A DNA stretch of 62,953 nt, from assembly GCA_017609085.1 (NCBI GenBank), contig JAFCEO010000001.1:1-62953 (forward strand). Reading direction: 5' to 3'. Below the pieces are notes generated by a model. That model searched no databases. It saw nothing but the letters and a program-made list of their open reading frames with translations, and was not told the DNA's origin. This document shows positions 26,376 to 35,705 of this stretch, one piece after another. Positions within the stretch are counted from its first letter, which is position 1. Each line of letters opens with the position of its first letter. Position numbers and translations under genes: made by a program. Source of the stretch: Candidatus Pacearchaeota archaeon. Lineage in GTDB: Archaea; Nanobdellota; Nanobdellia; Pacearchaeales; GW2011-AR1.

Positions 26376-28355
26376 TTAAGTAGAATTTTCTTTAAGTACT
26401 TCTTTAATTCTTTCAACAGCTTCTGGATTAACTAATGTCATTAAACCTTTTGGTTCTTCGTTATTTAATAGATTTTTCAAGATTCTCCTCATTATTTTTC
26501 CGCTTCGAGTTTTTGGAAGGTCATTAACAAAATAAATTTTTGAAGGGCGGGCTGTAGGTCCTATTTTTTTGTCAACATGTTTTTTCAGTTCTTTTTCTAA
26601 ATTAATAGAAGGTTCACCTCTTTCTAAAACAACAAATGCGACTGGTACCTGTCCTTTAATTTTATCTGGTATTGGGACAACTGCAGATTCATTTACATAT
26701 TTACTATCATTTATGGCGTTCTCAAGTTCTGCTGTAGCTAACCTATGTCCCGCAACTTTCATAACATCATCTGTTCTTCCTGTAACTCTTATTAAACCAT
26801 TTTTGACATAGGCACCATCACTTGTATTATAATATCTTTTTTTGAATTTTGTCCAATAACGCCAATAAGTTTCAACATATTTTTTGTGATTATTATAAAC
26901 GCCATGCAACATTCCTGGAGCAAATGGAGGAACTTGAACTAAGAAACCTCCTTTTCCTTCTTTAACTTTTTTCCCTTTTTCGTCAACTACAATATGTTTT
27001 GTTCCTGGAAAACTTTTTCCTGCTACAGTCGGAATAAAAGGACCTATACCTGGCAAAACATTAATTGAAGTTCCGCCAGTTTCTGTTTGCCACCAAGTGT
27101 CAATTATAGGACATCTTCCCTTACCAATTTTTTTGAAATACCACATCCAAGTATCTTCATCTATTGGTTCTCCGACAGTTCCTAAAATTCTCAGACTATT
27201 TAGTTTGTATTTTTTTAACCATTTATCTCCCACTTTCATAAACATTCTAATTGCAGTGGGAGCAGTATAAAATACAGTGACTTTATTTTCATCTATAATT
27301 TTCCACCATCTTCCCGGATTAGGGAAATCAGGAGCTCCTTCATAAATTAGAGTAGTAGAGCCATTTAACAGGGGGCCATAAAAAGCATAAGTATGTCCTG
27401 TAATCCAACCAATGTCTGCAGTGCACCACATAATATCATCTTCATGTAAATTAAAATTCCATTTGGTAGTCCAATATGCTTGAACAGCATAACCTCCTGT
27501 ATCATGGACTATTCCTTTTGGCTTACCAGTTGTTCCACTTGTATAAAGAATAAACATAATATCTTCTGAATTCATTATTTCAGGTTTGCAATAAGAATAA
27601 GCTTTTTCAATTTCTTTTTGGAAATCTAAAAATTTTCCTCCCCTCTTCTTTTTCCTTAATCTAGAAACTACAATAATTTTTTTGACAGTTGTTTTTTCTG
27701 TAGCTTTTATAGCTTTTTCCAGTAAATTTTCTTCCTTTCCTCTTCTATAATAACCATCGGCTGTTATTAATAATTTAGCTTTTCCGTCTTGAATTCTTGC
27801 TTTTAAAGCATCTGCCGAAAATGCTGAAAAAACAACAGAGTGTATAGCACCAATTCTTGTGCAAGCAAGCATGGCTATTAAAGTTTCAGGAAGTATTGGC
27901 AAGTATATAGCCACCACATCTCCTTTCTTAATTCCTTGTTTTTTTAAGACATTTGCGAATCTATTGACTTTATCGTATAATTCAGCATAATTTAGTTTGA
28001 TTGGTTTTTCCTTTGTCGGCTCTGGAATCCATATGAGCGCCGTCTTACTTCCCTTATCTAAGTGTCTATCTAAACAATTAACACAGAAGTTTAGTTTTCC
28101 ATCTTTAAACCACTCAAAATATGGAAGTTTTTCTTCATAAGTTTTTTTCCATAATTCTTCCCATTTTATTCCTTCTTTCGCTTTTTCTTCCCAGAATTTA
28201 ACAGGATTTCTCGATGCTATTTCGTATATCTTCTCATTAGAAACCCACGCAATTTTCTTCATCTCTTTACTTGGCCAGTATATTTTTCCTTTTTTTATTA
28301 TGTATTTTTTAGGTTTCATTTTTTTTACCTTTCTTTTTTGATTTAAATTTTTCAA
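26376..28355 (-). CDS. acs: Acetyl-CoA synthetase (AMP-forming)
   Basis: 659 aa. YTSGTTGKPKG, WWQTETGG and PKTRSGKIMRR motifs. An alternative start is at M13 (28319). Confidence 0.95.
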   Translation of the reverse strand: MKNLNQKRKVKKMKPKKYIIKKGKIYWPSKEMKKIAWVSNEKIYEIASRNPVKFWEEKAKEGIKWEELWKKTYEEKLPYFEWFKDGKLNFCVNCLDRHLDKGSKTALIWIPEPTKEKPIKLNYAELYDKVNRFANVLKKQGIKKGDVVAIYLPILPETLIAMLACTRIGAIHSVVFSAFSADALKARIQDGKAKLLITADGYYRRGKEENLLEKAIKATEKTTVKKIIVVSRLRKKKRGGKFLDFQKEIEKAYSYCKPEIMNSEDIMFILYTSGTTGKPKGIVHDTGGYAVQAYWTTKWNFNLHEDDIMWCTADIGWITGHTYAFYGPLLNGSTTLIYEGAPDFPNPGRWWKIIDENKVTVFYTAPTAIRMFMKVGDKWLKKYKLNSLRILGTVGEPIDEDTWMWYFKKIGKGRCPIIDTWWQTETGGTSINVLPGIGPFIPTVAGKSFPGTKHIVVDEKGKKVKEGKGGFLVQVPPFAPGMLHGVYNNHKKYVETYWRYWTKFKKRYYNTSDGAYVKNGLIRVTGRTDDVMKVAGHRLATAELENAINDSKYVNESAVVPIPDKIKGQVPVAFVVLERGEPSINLEKELKKHVDKKIGPTARPSKIYFVNDLPKTRSGKIMRRILKNLLNNEEPKGLMTLVNPEAVERIKEVLKENST

Positions 28356-28395
28356 TTATTTGACAAATTTAATAATCCTCTTTAAACTACACATT

Positions 28396-28992
28396 TCATT
28401 TTATCCAATATCTTTTGTCACTGATTCCTTTCTCCCATAACATTTTAGTATATCCTGTGTTATCAATTTGTTCTTGTTTTATTCCTAATTCTTTTAAAGT
28501 TTGTCTGATTTTATTTTTTGCTTTCTGCATTTCAGAGGGTTGGCATAAATATTCAATTTCCATAAAATAGCCAAGATGTTCAACTTTATTTATTTCAATA
28601 ACAATCCTTTTATCTTTTTTATGCACATAAGATTCCGAGGTTTTTCTTTTTTTCATCCATTCTCGGAAGCCAAGATCTTTAAATAATGCCAAGAGTTTGT
28701 CAACATCCTCTTTGTTTTTTAAAGTAAACTCAAATTCTTGTTTAACAACAATATCTTTATCCCAATATTTTTTCAGCCATTTTTTAAAATTAACTTCATA
28801 TTTGTCAGGCTTTTTTCTAATTCTAAAAGCTTTTTTCGGATATTTTTTCCTTATAAATCTCCTTAAAGCAAAATAATCGTCTCCTCTTTCCTCTTTTTTA
28901 ACTAATCTAGCTATTTTCAGAATTTTTTTTCTTAGTTCAGGAACTTCATCTTTTCTTAGCTTAACCTTTGTTTCAACCTCTAGCCACGCCAT
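28396..28992 (-). CDS. CYTH-domain protein (CyaB-like class IV cyclase / triphosphatase)
   Basis: 198 aa. N-terminal EVETKVKL (ExExK signature). Confidence 0.75.
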   Translation of the reverse strand: MAWLEVETKVKLRKDEVPELRKKILKIARLVKKEERGDDYFALRRFIRKKYPKKAFRIRKKPDKYEVNFKKWLKKYWDKDIVVKQEFEFTLKNKEDVDKLLALFKDLGFREWMKKRKTSESYVHKKDKRIVIEINKVEHLGYFMEIEYLCQPSEMQKAKNKIRQTLKELGIKQEQIDNTGYTKMLWEKGISDKRYWIK

Positions 28993-29046
28993 TTTTCCTT
29001 TTTTTATGTCTTTTATAAAAAAAAGATATTTAAATATCTTTGGATA

Positions 29047-29730
29047 ATGGACAATATGAAATTGAAAGATATTGAAATGTTTTGGAAGTCAGTTTTACAT
29101 TCTCAATACTTTCCTTCTAAAGAGAATAATAGCTGTTGGTGGGATGTTACAGAACAAGAAAAATTAGAGAAAATAGTTAGGCATTTGTCAGATCCGAATA
29201 CAAAAGAAAGGAAAAAAATAAGAGAGATATTAGTTAAAAACGATATTTATAGTGTTTTAGATGCGGGATGTGGTGTCGGAACAGAATTAGAGAGTTATAA
29301 ATCTCACAACATGGATATAGAATATGTAGGAATGGAAAAAAGTAATAGAATGTTAGAAATTGCAAAAACAAGACATCCTTATAACAAATTTGTATATGGA
29401 GATGTCAATGAAATGCCGTTTCCTGATAATTCTTTTGAAGCTGTAATTTTAAAACATGTTTTAGAACATCTGCCTGATTATAGATCTGCTGTCAACGAAG
29501 CTGTCAGAGTTGCTTCAAAAATTGTAATCATCGATTTTTTTCATAAACTTTGGCCATTTGATTTTAGAAAAAGACATAGAGAAGGTTTTTGGGAAAATTG
29601 GTATAGTAAAAGAAAATTTGAAAAATTTATAACAGATTTGCCAGTATCAAATTATGAGGTATTTACCACTACCGGAACATCCAGACAAACAGCAGAAATT
29701 TATGTCTTACACAAAGAAAGATTTATATGA
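29047..29730 (+). CDS. Class I SAM-dependent methyltransferase
   Basis: 227 aa. VLDAGCGVGTE motif I and a Methyltransf_11-like layout. Confidence 0.8.
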   Translation: MDNMKLKDIEMFWKSVLHSQYFPSKENNSCWWDVTEQEKLEKIVRHLSDPNTKERKKIREILVKNDIYSVLDAGCGVGTELESYKSHNMDIEYVGMEKSNRMLEIAKTRHPYNKFVYGDVNEMPFPDNSFEAVILKHVLEHLPDYRSAVNEAVRVASKIVIIDFFHKLWPFDFRKRHREGFWENWYSKRKFEKFITDLPVSNYEVFTTTGTSRQTAEIYVLHKERFI

Positions 29731-29782
29731 TATGCTAAAACCTTTTAAAATAATAGTAAATTAAATTTCAACATTTTTTCAT

Positions 29783-30886
29783 ATGAAGATTGCAAAAGTT
29801 ATGGACCTGCCGTTACATTATGGTTCTTGTCCAAAGTGGCTTTACCCAAGGATGAAAAATTTAGCGGAGAAGATACTTATGATTTTGTGTGAAGAATACG
29901 GCGAAAAGAAATTACTGGAAAGGCTTTCTGATCCTTTATGGTTTCAGGCTTTTGGTTGTGTTTTAGGATTTGACTGGCATTCTTCAGGATTAACAACAAC
30001 AACGACGGCGGCAATTAAAGAAGCTTTACAAAAAGCTAATCTTAGTATTTATGGAGCCGGAGGGAAAGGCAAAACTTCAAGAAAAACAATTCAAGAAATT
30101 AAAGAGAATGCAGAAAAATTAAATTTATCTGATACTAAAATAAAAGAACTTACAAGAGCGAGTAAATTAGCTGCGAAAGTGGATACAGCAGCTTTACAAG
30201 ATTCTTTTGTTTTGTATCACCATACATTTTTTTTCTCGAAAAATGGTTGGGCAGTTATACAACAAGGAATGTTACAAAAAGGAAATTATGCTAGGAGATA
30301 TCATTGGAATAATACAGAAAATTTTCTCAACGAACCACATAAAGCTGTTTGTTGTGATAAAATTGTAAAGCCATTAAACATGGTAACTAAAGAAACAGAA
30401 GAAGCAAGAAAAGCTAGTTTAGACATAGCTAAAGATTATAAAAGTTATTTTTATAATGTCGGCAAAGAAGAAATTAAAGGACAAACCTCTTTGTTAGATT
30501 TTGGAGGAGTAGATATCATAAAATTCAAAAAACAGCATTTTCCAAAAATACCTTTAAGTTACCAAAACTTGCAAACTTTAAAACAAATTAGAGAGTATCA
30601 GCCAAAAAATTATGAAGAATTGCTTTTATTTAAGGGGGTAGGTCCTAAAATTATTAGAAGTTTGGCATTAGTTTCAGAACTCGTTTTTGGAACAGAATTA
30701 TCCTGGCGCGATCCAGTAAAATTCTCTTTTGCTCATGGAGGAAAAGACGGTTGGCCTTATCCAATTAACAGAAAACAATTTGATCAGAGTATAGAAATTC
30801 TTGCCCAAGCAATAAAATCAGCTAAACTCAAACAGAAGGATAAATTTAGAAGTCTAAAAAGATTAAAGAAGTTTGTACAGAATTAA
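29783..30886 (+). CDS. DUF763-family protein
   Basis: 367 aa. DLPLHYGSCPKWLYPRM..LSDPLWFQAFGCVLGFDWHSSG matches my recollection of the DUF763 N-terminus. Confidence 0.6.
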   Translation: MKIAKVMDLPLHYGSCPKWLYPRMKNLAEKILMILCEEYGEKKLLERLSDPLWFQAFGCVLGFDWHSSGLTTTTTAAIKEALQKANLSIYGAGGKGKTSRKTIQEIKENAEKLNLSDTKIKELTRASKLAAKVDTAALQDSFVLYHHTFFFSKNGWAVIQQGMLQKGNYARRYHWNNTENFLNEPHKAVCCDKIVKPLNMVTKETEEARKASLDIAKDYKSYFYNVGKEEIKGQTSLLDFGGVDIIKFKKQHFPKIPLSYQNLQTLKQIREYQPKNYEELLLFKGVGPKIIRSLALVSELVFGTELSWRDPVKFSFAHGGKDGWPYPINRKQFDQSIEILAQAIKSAKLKQKDKFRSLKRLKKFVQN

Positions 30887-30896
30887 TTTTGTTGTT

Positions 30897-31274
30897 TCAC
30901 TCAAAAAAGAAATCTTCATTCAATAAATCAGAATTAGCAATTATATCTGTAGCTGTTATAATTCCCACTAATTTTTCATTATTCATTACAGGCAATCTCT
31001 TTATTTTTTTTTCAGTCATAAGTAAGGCGGCGTTATCCAAACTTTCATCTTGATTTATAGTTATAACGTTTTTTGACATAATGCTAGAGATTTTTTTATT
31101 AAGAGAAGAAATATTTCTCAAAATATCTTTTTCTGTTATTATACCTTTTATCTTATTATTCTTTAAGAAAATTAAACTTCCTATATTTCTACTAGACATT
31201 ATTTTTGCAGCCTCTTTGACAGAAACATCATGCTCAATTACAACTGCCTTATTCATTATCTCTTTTACTTGCAT
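30897..31274 (-). CDS. CBS-domain pair protein
   Basis: 125 aa with two CBS repeats (VKEIMNK..; IMSKNVITI..). Confidence 0.85.
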   Translation of the reverse strand: MQVKEIMNKAVVIEHDVSVKEAAKIMSSRNIGSLIFLKNNKIKGIITEKDILRNISSLNKKISSIMSKNVITINQDESLDNAALLMTEKKIKRLPVMNNEKLVGIITATDIIANSDLLNEDFFFE

Positions 31275-31316
31275 TACAGATTAAAAAAATCGTAAGTATT
31301 TAAATTTTTTTTATCT

Positions 31317-32393
31317 TTAAATTTTCCACTTTCCTTTATCCTGTATTACTTTTCCATCTAAAATTATTCTTGCCTTTGACATGTCTTTAACAATATCCCA
31401 GTGTATAGCTGAGTCATTTCCACCACCGTTTTCTTTATATGCCATTCCCAGAGCTAAGTGGATTGTTCCAGAAATTTTTTCATCAAACAACAAATTTTTC
31501 GTAAATTTTTTTATTGAAGGATTCAAGCCGATGCCGAACTCTCCTACATATGACGCATTTTCATCTGTATTTAATATTGTTTTTAAAAAATCTTCATTTT
31601 TTTCAGCTTGTGCCTCTACAACTTTTCCATTCTCAAATTTTAAGTATACTCCAGAAACTTCCTTTCCATCACGTATTGCAGGGTATTCGAATTTTATCCA
31701 TCCTTTTAAACTTTCTCTAACAGGAGCCATAAATACTTCTCCGCCAGGCATATTTTCTTCTCCTTTATCTGCAACTGCATTTTTTCCTTCAATGGAAAAT
31801 TTTAAATCGACATTTTTTCCTTTCAACCACACTTCGTTTCCTTTTTCAAACTTTTTTCTAATTTTTTCTATTCTTTTACTTAATTTTTTCCAATTTTGCA
31901 GACAGGCAGAATAGACAAAATTTTCGTATTCTGTTAAAGACATTTCTGCTTCTTGTGCAAAGGAAGGGCATGGAAATCCTACTGTACATCTTCTTATCTT
32001 TTCTTTTTCATTAACAATGTAATCTGATATGGGTTTAATTATTCTCTGCCTCATAGCGATTTTCTTCGCATCTATAGAGGTTAATTCTCTTGTATTGTTC
32101 TCTGTATAAATTCCTATATATTTTTGCGCATTTTTTACAATATAATCCAGATGATCCGGAAATTTTTCAATTTGGTGTTTTTTAGCATACTTATAGAAAA
32201 AAGGAGTTAATCCTTTAGGAGATACTTTTAAAATTGGGTAAGCTCCCTTTAAAATTACTTCTTTGTATAGAGCAATAATAAAATCCTCTGCTTCTGTTCC
32301 TCCCGAGATTATTACATTCTCACCTTCTTTAATTTTTAGAGAATAATCCACGACAAGTTTCGCTAAAGCTCTTGTTCTTAAATCAATGGCCAT
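31317..32393 (-). CDS. M29-family aminopeptidase (AmpS/PepS-like)
   Basis: 358 aa. LAKLVVDYSLKIKEGENVIISG N-terminus and GEFGIGLNP, HLALG motifs. Confidence 0.85.
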   Translation of the reverse strand: MAIDLRTRALAKLVVDYSLKIKEGENVIISGGTEAEDFIIALYKEVILKGAYPILKVSPKGLTPFFYKYAKKHQIEKFPDHLDYIVKNAQKYIGIYTENNTRELTSIDAKKIAMRQRIIKPISDYIVNEKEKIRRCTVGFPCPSFAQEAEMSLTEYENFVYSACLQNWKKLSKRIEKIRKKFEKGNEVWLKGKNVDLKFSIEGKNAVADKGEENMPGGEVFMAPVRESLKGWIKFEYPAIRDGKEVSGVYLKFENGKVVEAQAEKNEDFLKTILNTDENASYVGEFGIGLNPSIKKFTKNLLFDEKISGTIHLALGMAYKENGGGNDSAIHWDIVKDMSKARIILDGKVIQDKGKWKI

Positions 32394-33262
32394 TTTACTT
32401 CCCCTCTGTGAAATTTAACTCCGGTTACAAATTTACTTACCCATTTTACCCAGTCAACACACGATTCATAATTGCAGACATTCTTAAATTTTCCGAATAT
32501 AATAATTTCTTTTAAGTCATTTAAGATTGTTTCATCATTATCTACATTTATTTTTTTTGAAAATTCTATATATGATAAACCTGCATTCTTAATCCAATGG
32601 GCGTTTGATGTAGCTATCCATGATTTTCCATGTTTTTTCGCTATTTTTTGAGTCATTCTATTTGCCATTTTTGTAAATGAATGAACATATGGCACTAAAA
32701 ATAGGGGATAAGGAAATATCATTTCTGAGTTATGCCCTTCTACTGCAGTATACTCTTGAATATATTCTTCTAATAATTTCTTTCCCATACCTCCATCGTT
32801 TTTACAAAGAGGATGCTCTGCTATTTGAATTAAACCATTATCTTTTCCGAACTCTATAGTATCTCTTAATGACATAAAATTTGGAACTTTATTGCTCCCA
32901 ACAACAAGATGGTTTATCTTTCTTCCTTTTTCAGAAACAATTACTGTTTGACTGTTCAATAAATAAACTCTCTTGCCGTTTTTTTCGACAATAATGACAT
33001 TTTTTCCTAACTTATCAGCTTTGTATTCTTTTGGTAAAGAAGAAATAAATTTTGTTAAATAGCCTAATCTGTCATTGATACTATTTTCAGAAATTTTATC
33101 TGCACTGCTTGTGATAGCACAAAAATCTAAATCTTTTTCAAAACAAGAATCTGCTATTTCTTTCAAAAGGTTTTTCCTTTCATATCCTTGGGTTTTTATC
33201 CAATAAGGATGGAATCCAATTAATCCGTGCATATGTAAATCTGCTTTCATTTTATGCTCCAC
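32378..33262 (-). CDS. PHP-domain-like metal-dependent phosphoesterase (divergent)
   Basis: 294 aa. ADLHMHG start. AITSS and TSNAH sit where PHP usually has AITDH and GSDAH. Overlaps the aminopeptidase gene by 16 nt. Confidence 0.6.
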   Translation of the reverse strand: MEHKMKADLHMHGLIGFHPYWIKTQGYERKNLLKEIADSCFEKDLDFCAITSSADKISENSINDRLGYLTKFISSLPKEYKADKLGKNVIIVEKNGKRVYLLNSQTVIVSEKGRKINHLVVGSNKVPNFMSLRDTIEFGKDNGLIQIAEHPLCKNDGGMGKKLLEEYIQEYTAVEGHNSEMIFPYPLFLVPYVHSFTKMANRMTQKIAKKHGKSWIATSNAHWIKNAGLSYIEFSKKINVDNDETILNDLKEIIIFGKFKNVCNYESCVDWVKWVSKFVTGVKFHRGEVKWPLI

Positions 33263-33525
33263 GGAAACTTCGATGCAAATCGAGGCCCATCCTACTACAA
33301 AAAAACATTCTATTTATAAATCTTGCTGTTGTTACCATTCTTAAATAAATATAGATTAGAACTATAAAGATATATAAAATTAAAGGATTGTTTTTTTAAA
33401 TAAAACTCACAAAAACTAATCTCATTCTTCATTGTATGGATAGCAAAAAAAACAAATATAATTTCTTAACAAGTTAAAACTAGAACTGCTAAAATATGAT
33501 TCTATACAACATATTCTTTTTTACT

Positions 33526-33843
33526 TTAACCTTCAATCTCTTCTAAAGTTTCTTCTTCAGCCGATTCACTTTTCTCTAATGTTTCTTGATTTTCCAGTTC
33601 TTTTACTGTTTCTGTTTGCTCTTCTTCTACTTTCAAGTCTTCTTCACTTATGCTATTTATTATTTCTCTAAAAGCAGAAAAAGATTCAGCAGGAATTTTT
33701 GTTCCCGATTTTGTGAATCCAGTATATCTTTCTCCTCTTACATATTCTCTTATTGTTACTCCAGGTCTTCCACCGAAATCGTCTATTCTTATAACAATAT
33801 CTGTTGTTTCATTTTTCTTTATTTTTCCAATGTCTTTTTCCAT
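33526..33843 (-). CDS. PC4/YdbC-like ssDNA-binding protein with an acidic tail
   Basis: 105 aa. DIVIRIDDFGGRPGVTIREYV...GFTKSGTKIP resembles the PC4 fold signature. E-rich C-terminus. Confidence 0.55.
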   Translation of the reverse strand: MEKDIGKIKKNETTDIVIRIDDFGGRPGVTIREYVRGERYTGFTKSGTKIPAESFSAFREIINSISEEDLKVEEEQTETVKELENQETLEKSESAEEETLEEIEG

Positions 33844-33940
33844 CTCAAAACTTAGTTTTTAGCATTTATAAAATTTTAGAAATTTAATAAAATTCTAAAT
33901 TTATCGGAACTTTTAGGGTTATTATCTTGGGACATTAAAA

Positions 33941-34025
33941 CGCCCGCGCCGGGATTCGAACCCGGATTGTAGCCGTTCTGCCAATGGTCGACAGGGCTAA
34001 GTGCTAGCCATTACACCACGCGAGC
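33941..34025 (-). tRNA. tRNA-Asp (anticodon GUC) with a 13-nt intron
   Basis: The minus strand folds as GCTCGCG/TG/GTGT-AATGGCTA-GCAC/T/TAGCC-CTGTCG[ACCATTGGCAGAA]C-GGCTA/CAAT/CCGGG-TTCGAAT-CCCGG/CGCGGGC/G. Anticodon at 33992-33990. Confidence 0.75.
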
Positions 34026-34136
34026 CTATTGAAAAATGTTATCTTCACTTTTTAAAGTTTTTTCTAACAGATATTCTAATTCTGATTTTTAAAAATAAAT
34101 GATAACATATTTAAATCTTATTTATCTCTTTTTTTT

Positions 34137-35111
34137 ATGAAGACAAAAAGAGGGGGGGCTTTTTTAATAATTTCATTAATTTTCTTTTTGATAATTTTAA
34201 TAATGGTTTCTTATTTTTTATTTCAAAATCTTCCAGGGGAACCCGAAAAGTTTAATGTAATTATTAAACAGTCTAGGTTAGAGACTGCTAATTTGAGTTA
34301 CAAGGTTAATCAATTTCGTCCCAATATGAAATTTAATCATAATTCAATTTCTTATAAAATTGATTCCGAGTGTAGTGAAGAAAAAAAAGAAAGAATGATT
34401 AGAGCTTTTAATGAGCTTTCTAAGAGAGTAGGTGTAATTAATTTTTATCTGTCTTTTGATAATCCTGATATTGATGTTAAATGCTCCGAAGAAGTTGTCA
34501 AATCGACAAAAAAAGATTTTTTTATTGCGGGGGAGGGAGGGGCAAACTTTGTTGTAGATACAGGAAGGTATAATGTTATTTTAAATGGAACAATTATTTT
34601 GCACGAGAATTCAAAAAAGGTTATTTATTGTAATTGGCCAAATGTAGAATTGCATGAACTTTTACATGTTTTTGGATTTGCCCATTCAAAAGATAAAAAT
34701 AGTTTGATGTATCCTTATCTAGAATCTTGTGAACAAAGACTTGATGATAGTATAGTTGAAGATTTAAAACAGCTATATACACAAAAAAATCTTCCTGATT
34801 TGTATTTTGAAGAAGTTAACGGAATTAAAAAAGGACGATATTTTGATTTTAATGTTACTGTAAAAAATTCAGGAACAATAGATGCGAAAAATGTTATTTT
34901 AAGTGTTTTTGATGATAATATTAAAATAGAAGATTTCAATCTAGGAAATATCCCTTTTGGAGGAGGCATGTCTTTTAAAGTTAACAATCTTAAATTAAAA
35001 AAAAGGTCTTCAGAGAATATAAAAATTATAATCGATTATGCCGACTCTATTAAAGAGATAGAGGAAGAGAATAATATAGCAGAATTAAATTTGCCTTTTA
35101 ATTCTCAATAA
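34137..35111 (+). CDS. Membrane-anchored metzincin-type zinc protease with a C-terminal CARDB-like domain
   Basis: 324 aa. N-terminal TM, HELLHVFGFAHS (HExxHxxGxxH), and an Ig-like tail YFDFNVTVKNSGTIDAKNV. Confidence 0.75.
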   Translation: MKTKRGGAFLIISLIFFLIILIMVSYFLFQNLPGEPEKFNVIIKQSRLETANLSYKVNQFRPNMKFNHNSISYKIDSECSEEKKERMIRAFNELSKRVGVINFYLSFDNPDIDVKCSEEVVKSTKKDFFIAGEGGANFVVDTGRYNVILNGTIILHENSKKVIYCNWPNVELHELLHVFGFAHSKDKNSLMYPYLESCEQRLDDSIVEDLKQLYTQKNLPDLYFEEVNGIKKGRYFDFNVTVKNSGTIDAKNVILSVFDDNIKIEDFNLGNIPFGGGMSFKVNNLKLKKRSSENIKIIIDYADSIKEIEEENNIAELNLPFNSQ

Positions 35112-35152
35112 ATAAGAAAGAAAAAAGAATTAAAAAAATAAAAAACATAAAT

Positions 35153-35320
35153 TTACTCACTTCCCTCTTCGGTTGAAGTTTCTTCTTCAGTTGATTCACT
35201 TCCCTCTTCAGATGAGGTCTCTTCTTCAGTTGATTCAGTCTCCTCTTCGGTTGAAGTTTCTTCTTCAGTTGATTCACTTTCTTCAGGTTGTTCAGTTTCT
35301 TGTTGTTCTTCACCTTCCAT
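35153..35320 (-). CDS. Putative 55-aa acidic S/T/E-repeat protein
   Basis: ATG 35320 is preceded by AGGAGA 9 nt upstream. The product is MEGEEQQETEQPEESESTEEETSTEEETESTEEETSSEEGSESTEEETSTEEGSE. An alternative Lys-rich frame (track ORF 35098-35313) starts at GTG. Confidence 0.35.
   Translation of the reverse strand: MEGEEQQETEQPEESESTEEETSTEEETESTEEETSSEEGSESTEEETSTEEGSE
35160..35276. repeat. Three tandem 39-bp repeats (plus a partial fourth)
   Basis: Units at 35160-35198, 35199-35237 and 35238-35276 share cttc(c/t)ctcttc(g/a)g(t/a)tga(a/g)gt(t/c)tcttcttcagttgattca. 39 bp equals 13 codons. Confidence 0.8.
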
Positions 35321-35417
35321 TTTTATTTTCTCCTAAATTTAATAAATGTTAGAGTAAAATACGGTTTTTAAAACTTTGGGTTTTAAGTTTATCAAAAAAA
35401 CTCATAACAATACAAAA

Positions 35418-35575
35418 TCCCACCACCAGGATTCGAACCTGGGATCTTCCGGGTACAGCATGGCTTTTAGGGTTTCATATTCTCCCGTGGGAAAAATCCA
35501 CCTTAGACAATGAGGATTTACTTCAATCCTAAAAGTTGTCTACAGCCGGACGCTCTACCACTGAGCTATGGTGGG
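35418..35575 (-). tRNA. tRNA-Tyr (anticodon GUA) with an 86-nt intron
   Basis: The minus strand folds as CCCACCA/TA/GCTC-AGTGGTA-GAGC/G/TCCGG-CTGTAGA..[86 nt]..CCGGA/AGATC/CCAGG-TTCGAAT-CCTGG/TGGTGGG/A. It has the C1:G72 pair typical of archaeal tRNA-Tyr. Anticodon at 35543-35541. Confidence 0.85.
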
Positions 35576-35705
35576 ATTTATATAAAATAAAAATAGTGTA
35601 TTTAAAGATTTTGTAAGCGAGTTAACAATATAAATAATCTTTCTATAAATTGTGGATGTAAGGAGAGTCTAATTTTTGCCAGATAATTAAGTGTTTCTAA
35701 ACTTA

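Noticed and set aside
31381-31914. 177-aa (and nested 68-aa) plus-strand ORFs inside the M29 aminopeptidase gene
   Set aside because: These are antisense shadow ORFs. The sequence is F/S/P-rich with no recognisable domain, and the minus-strand aminopeptidase motifs are unambiguous.
35098-35313. 71-aa Lys-rich ORF from the track
   Set aside because: It is a GTG-initiated alternative frame of the 39-bp GAA-rich repeats and overlaps the end of the metzincin gene. The ATG-initiated acidic frame with an upstream AGGAGA seems at least as plausible, so this ORF is kept only as an alternative in the repeat finding.
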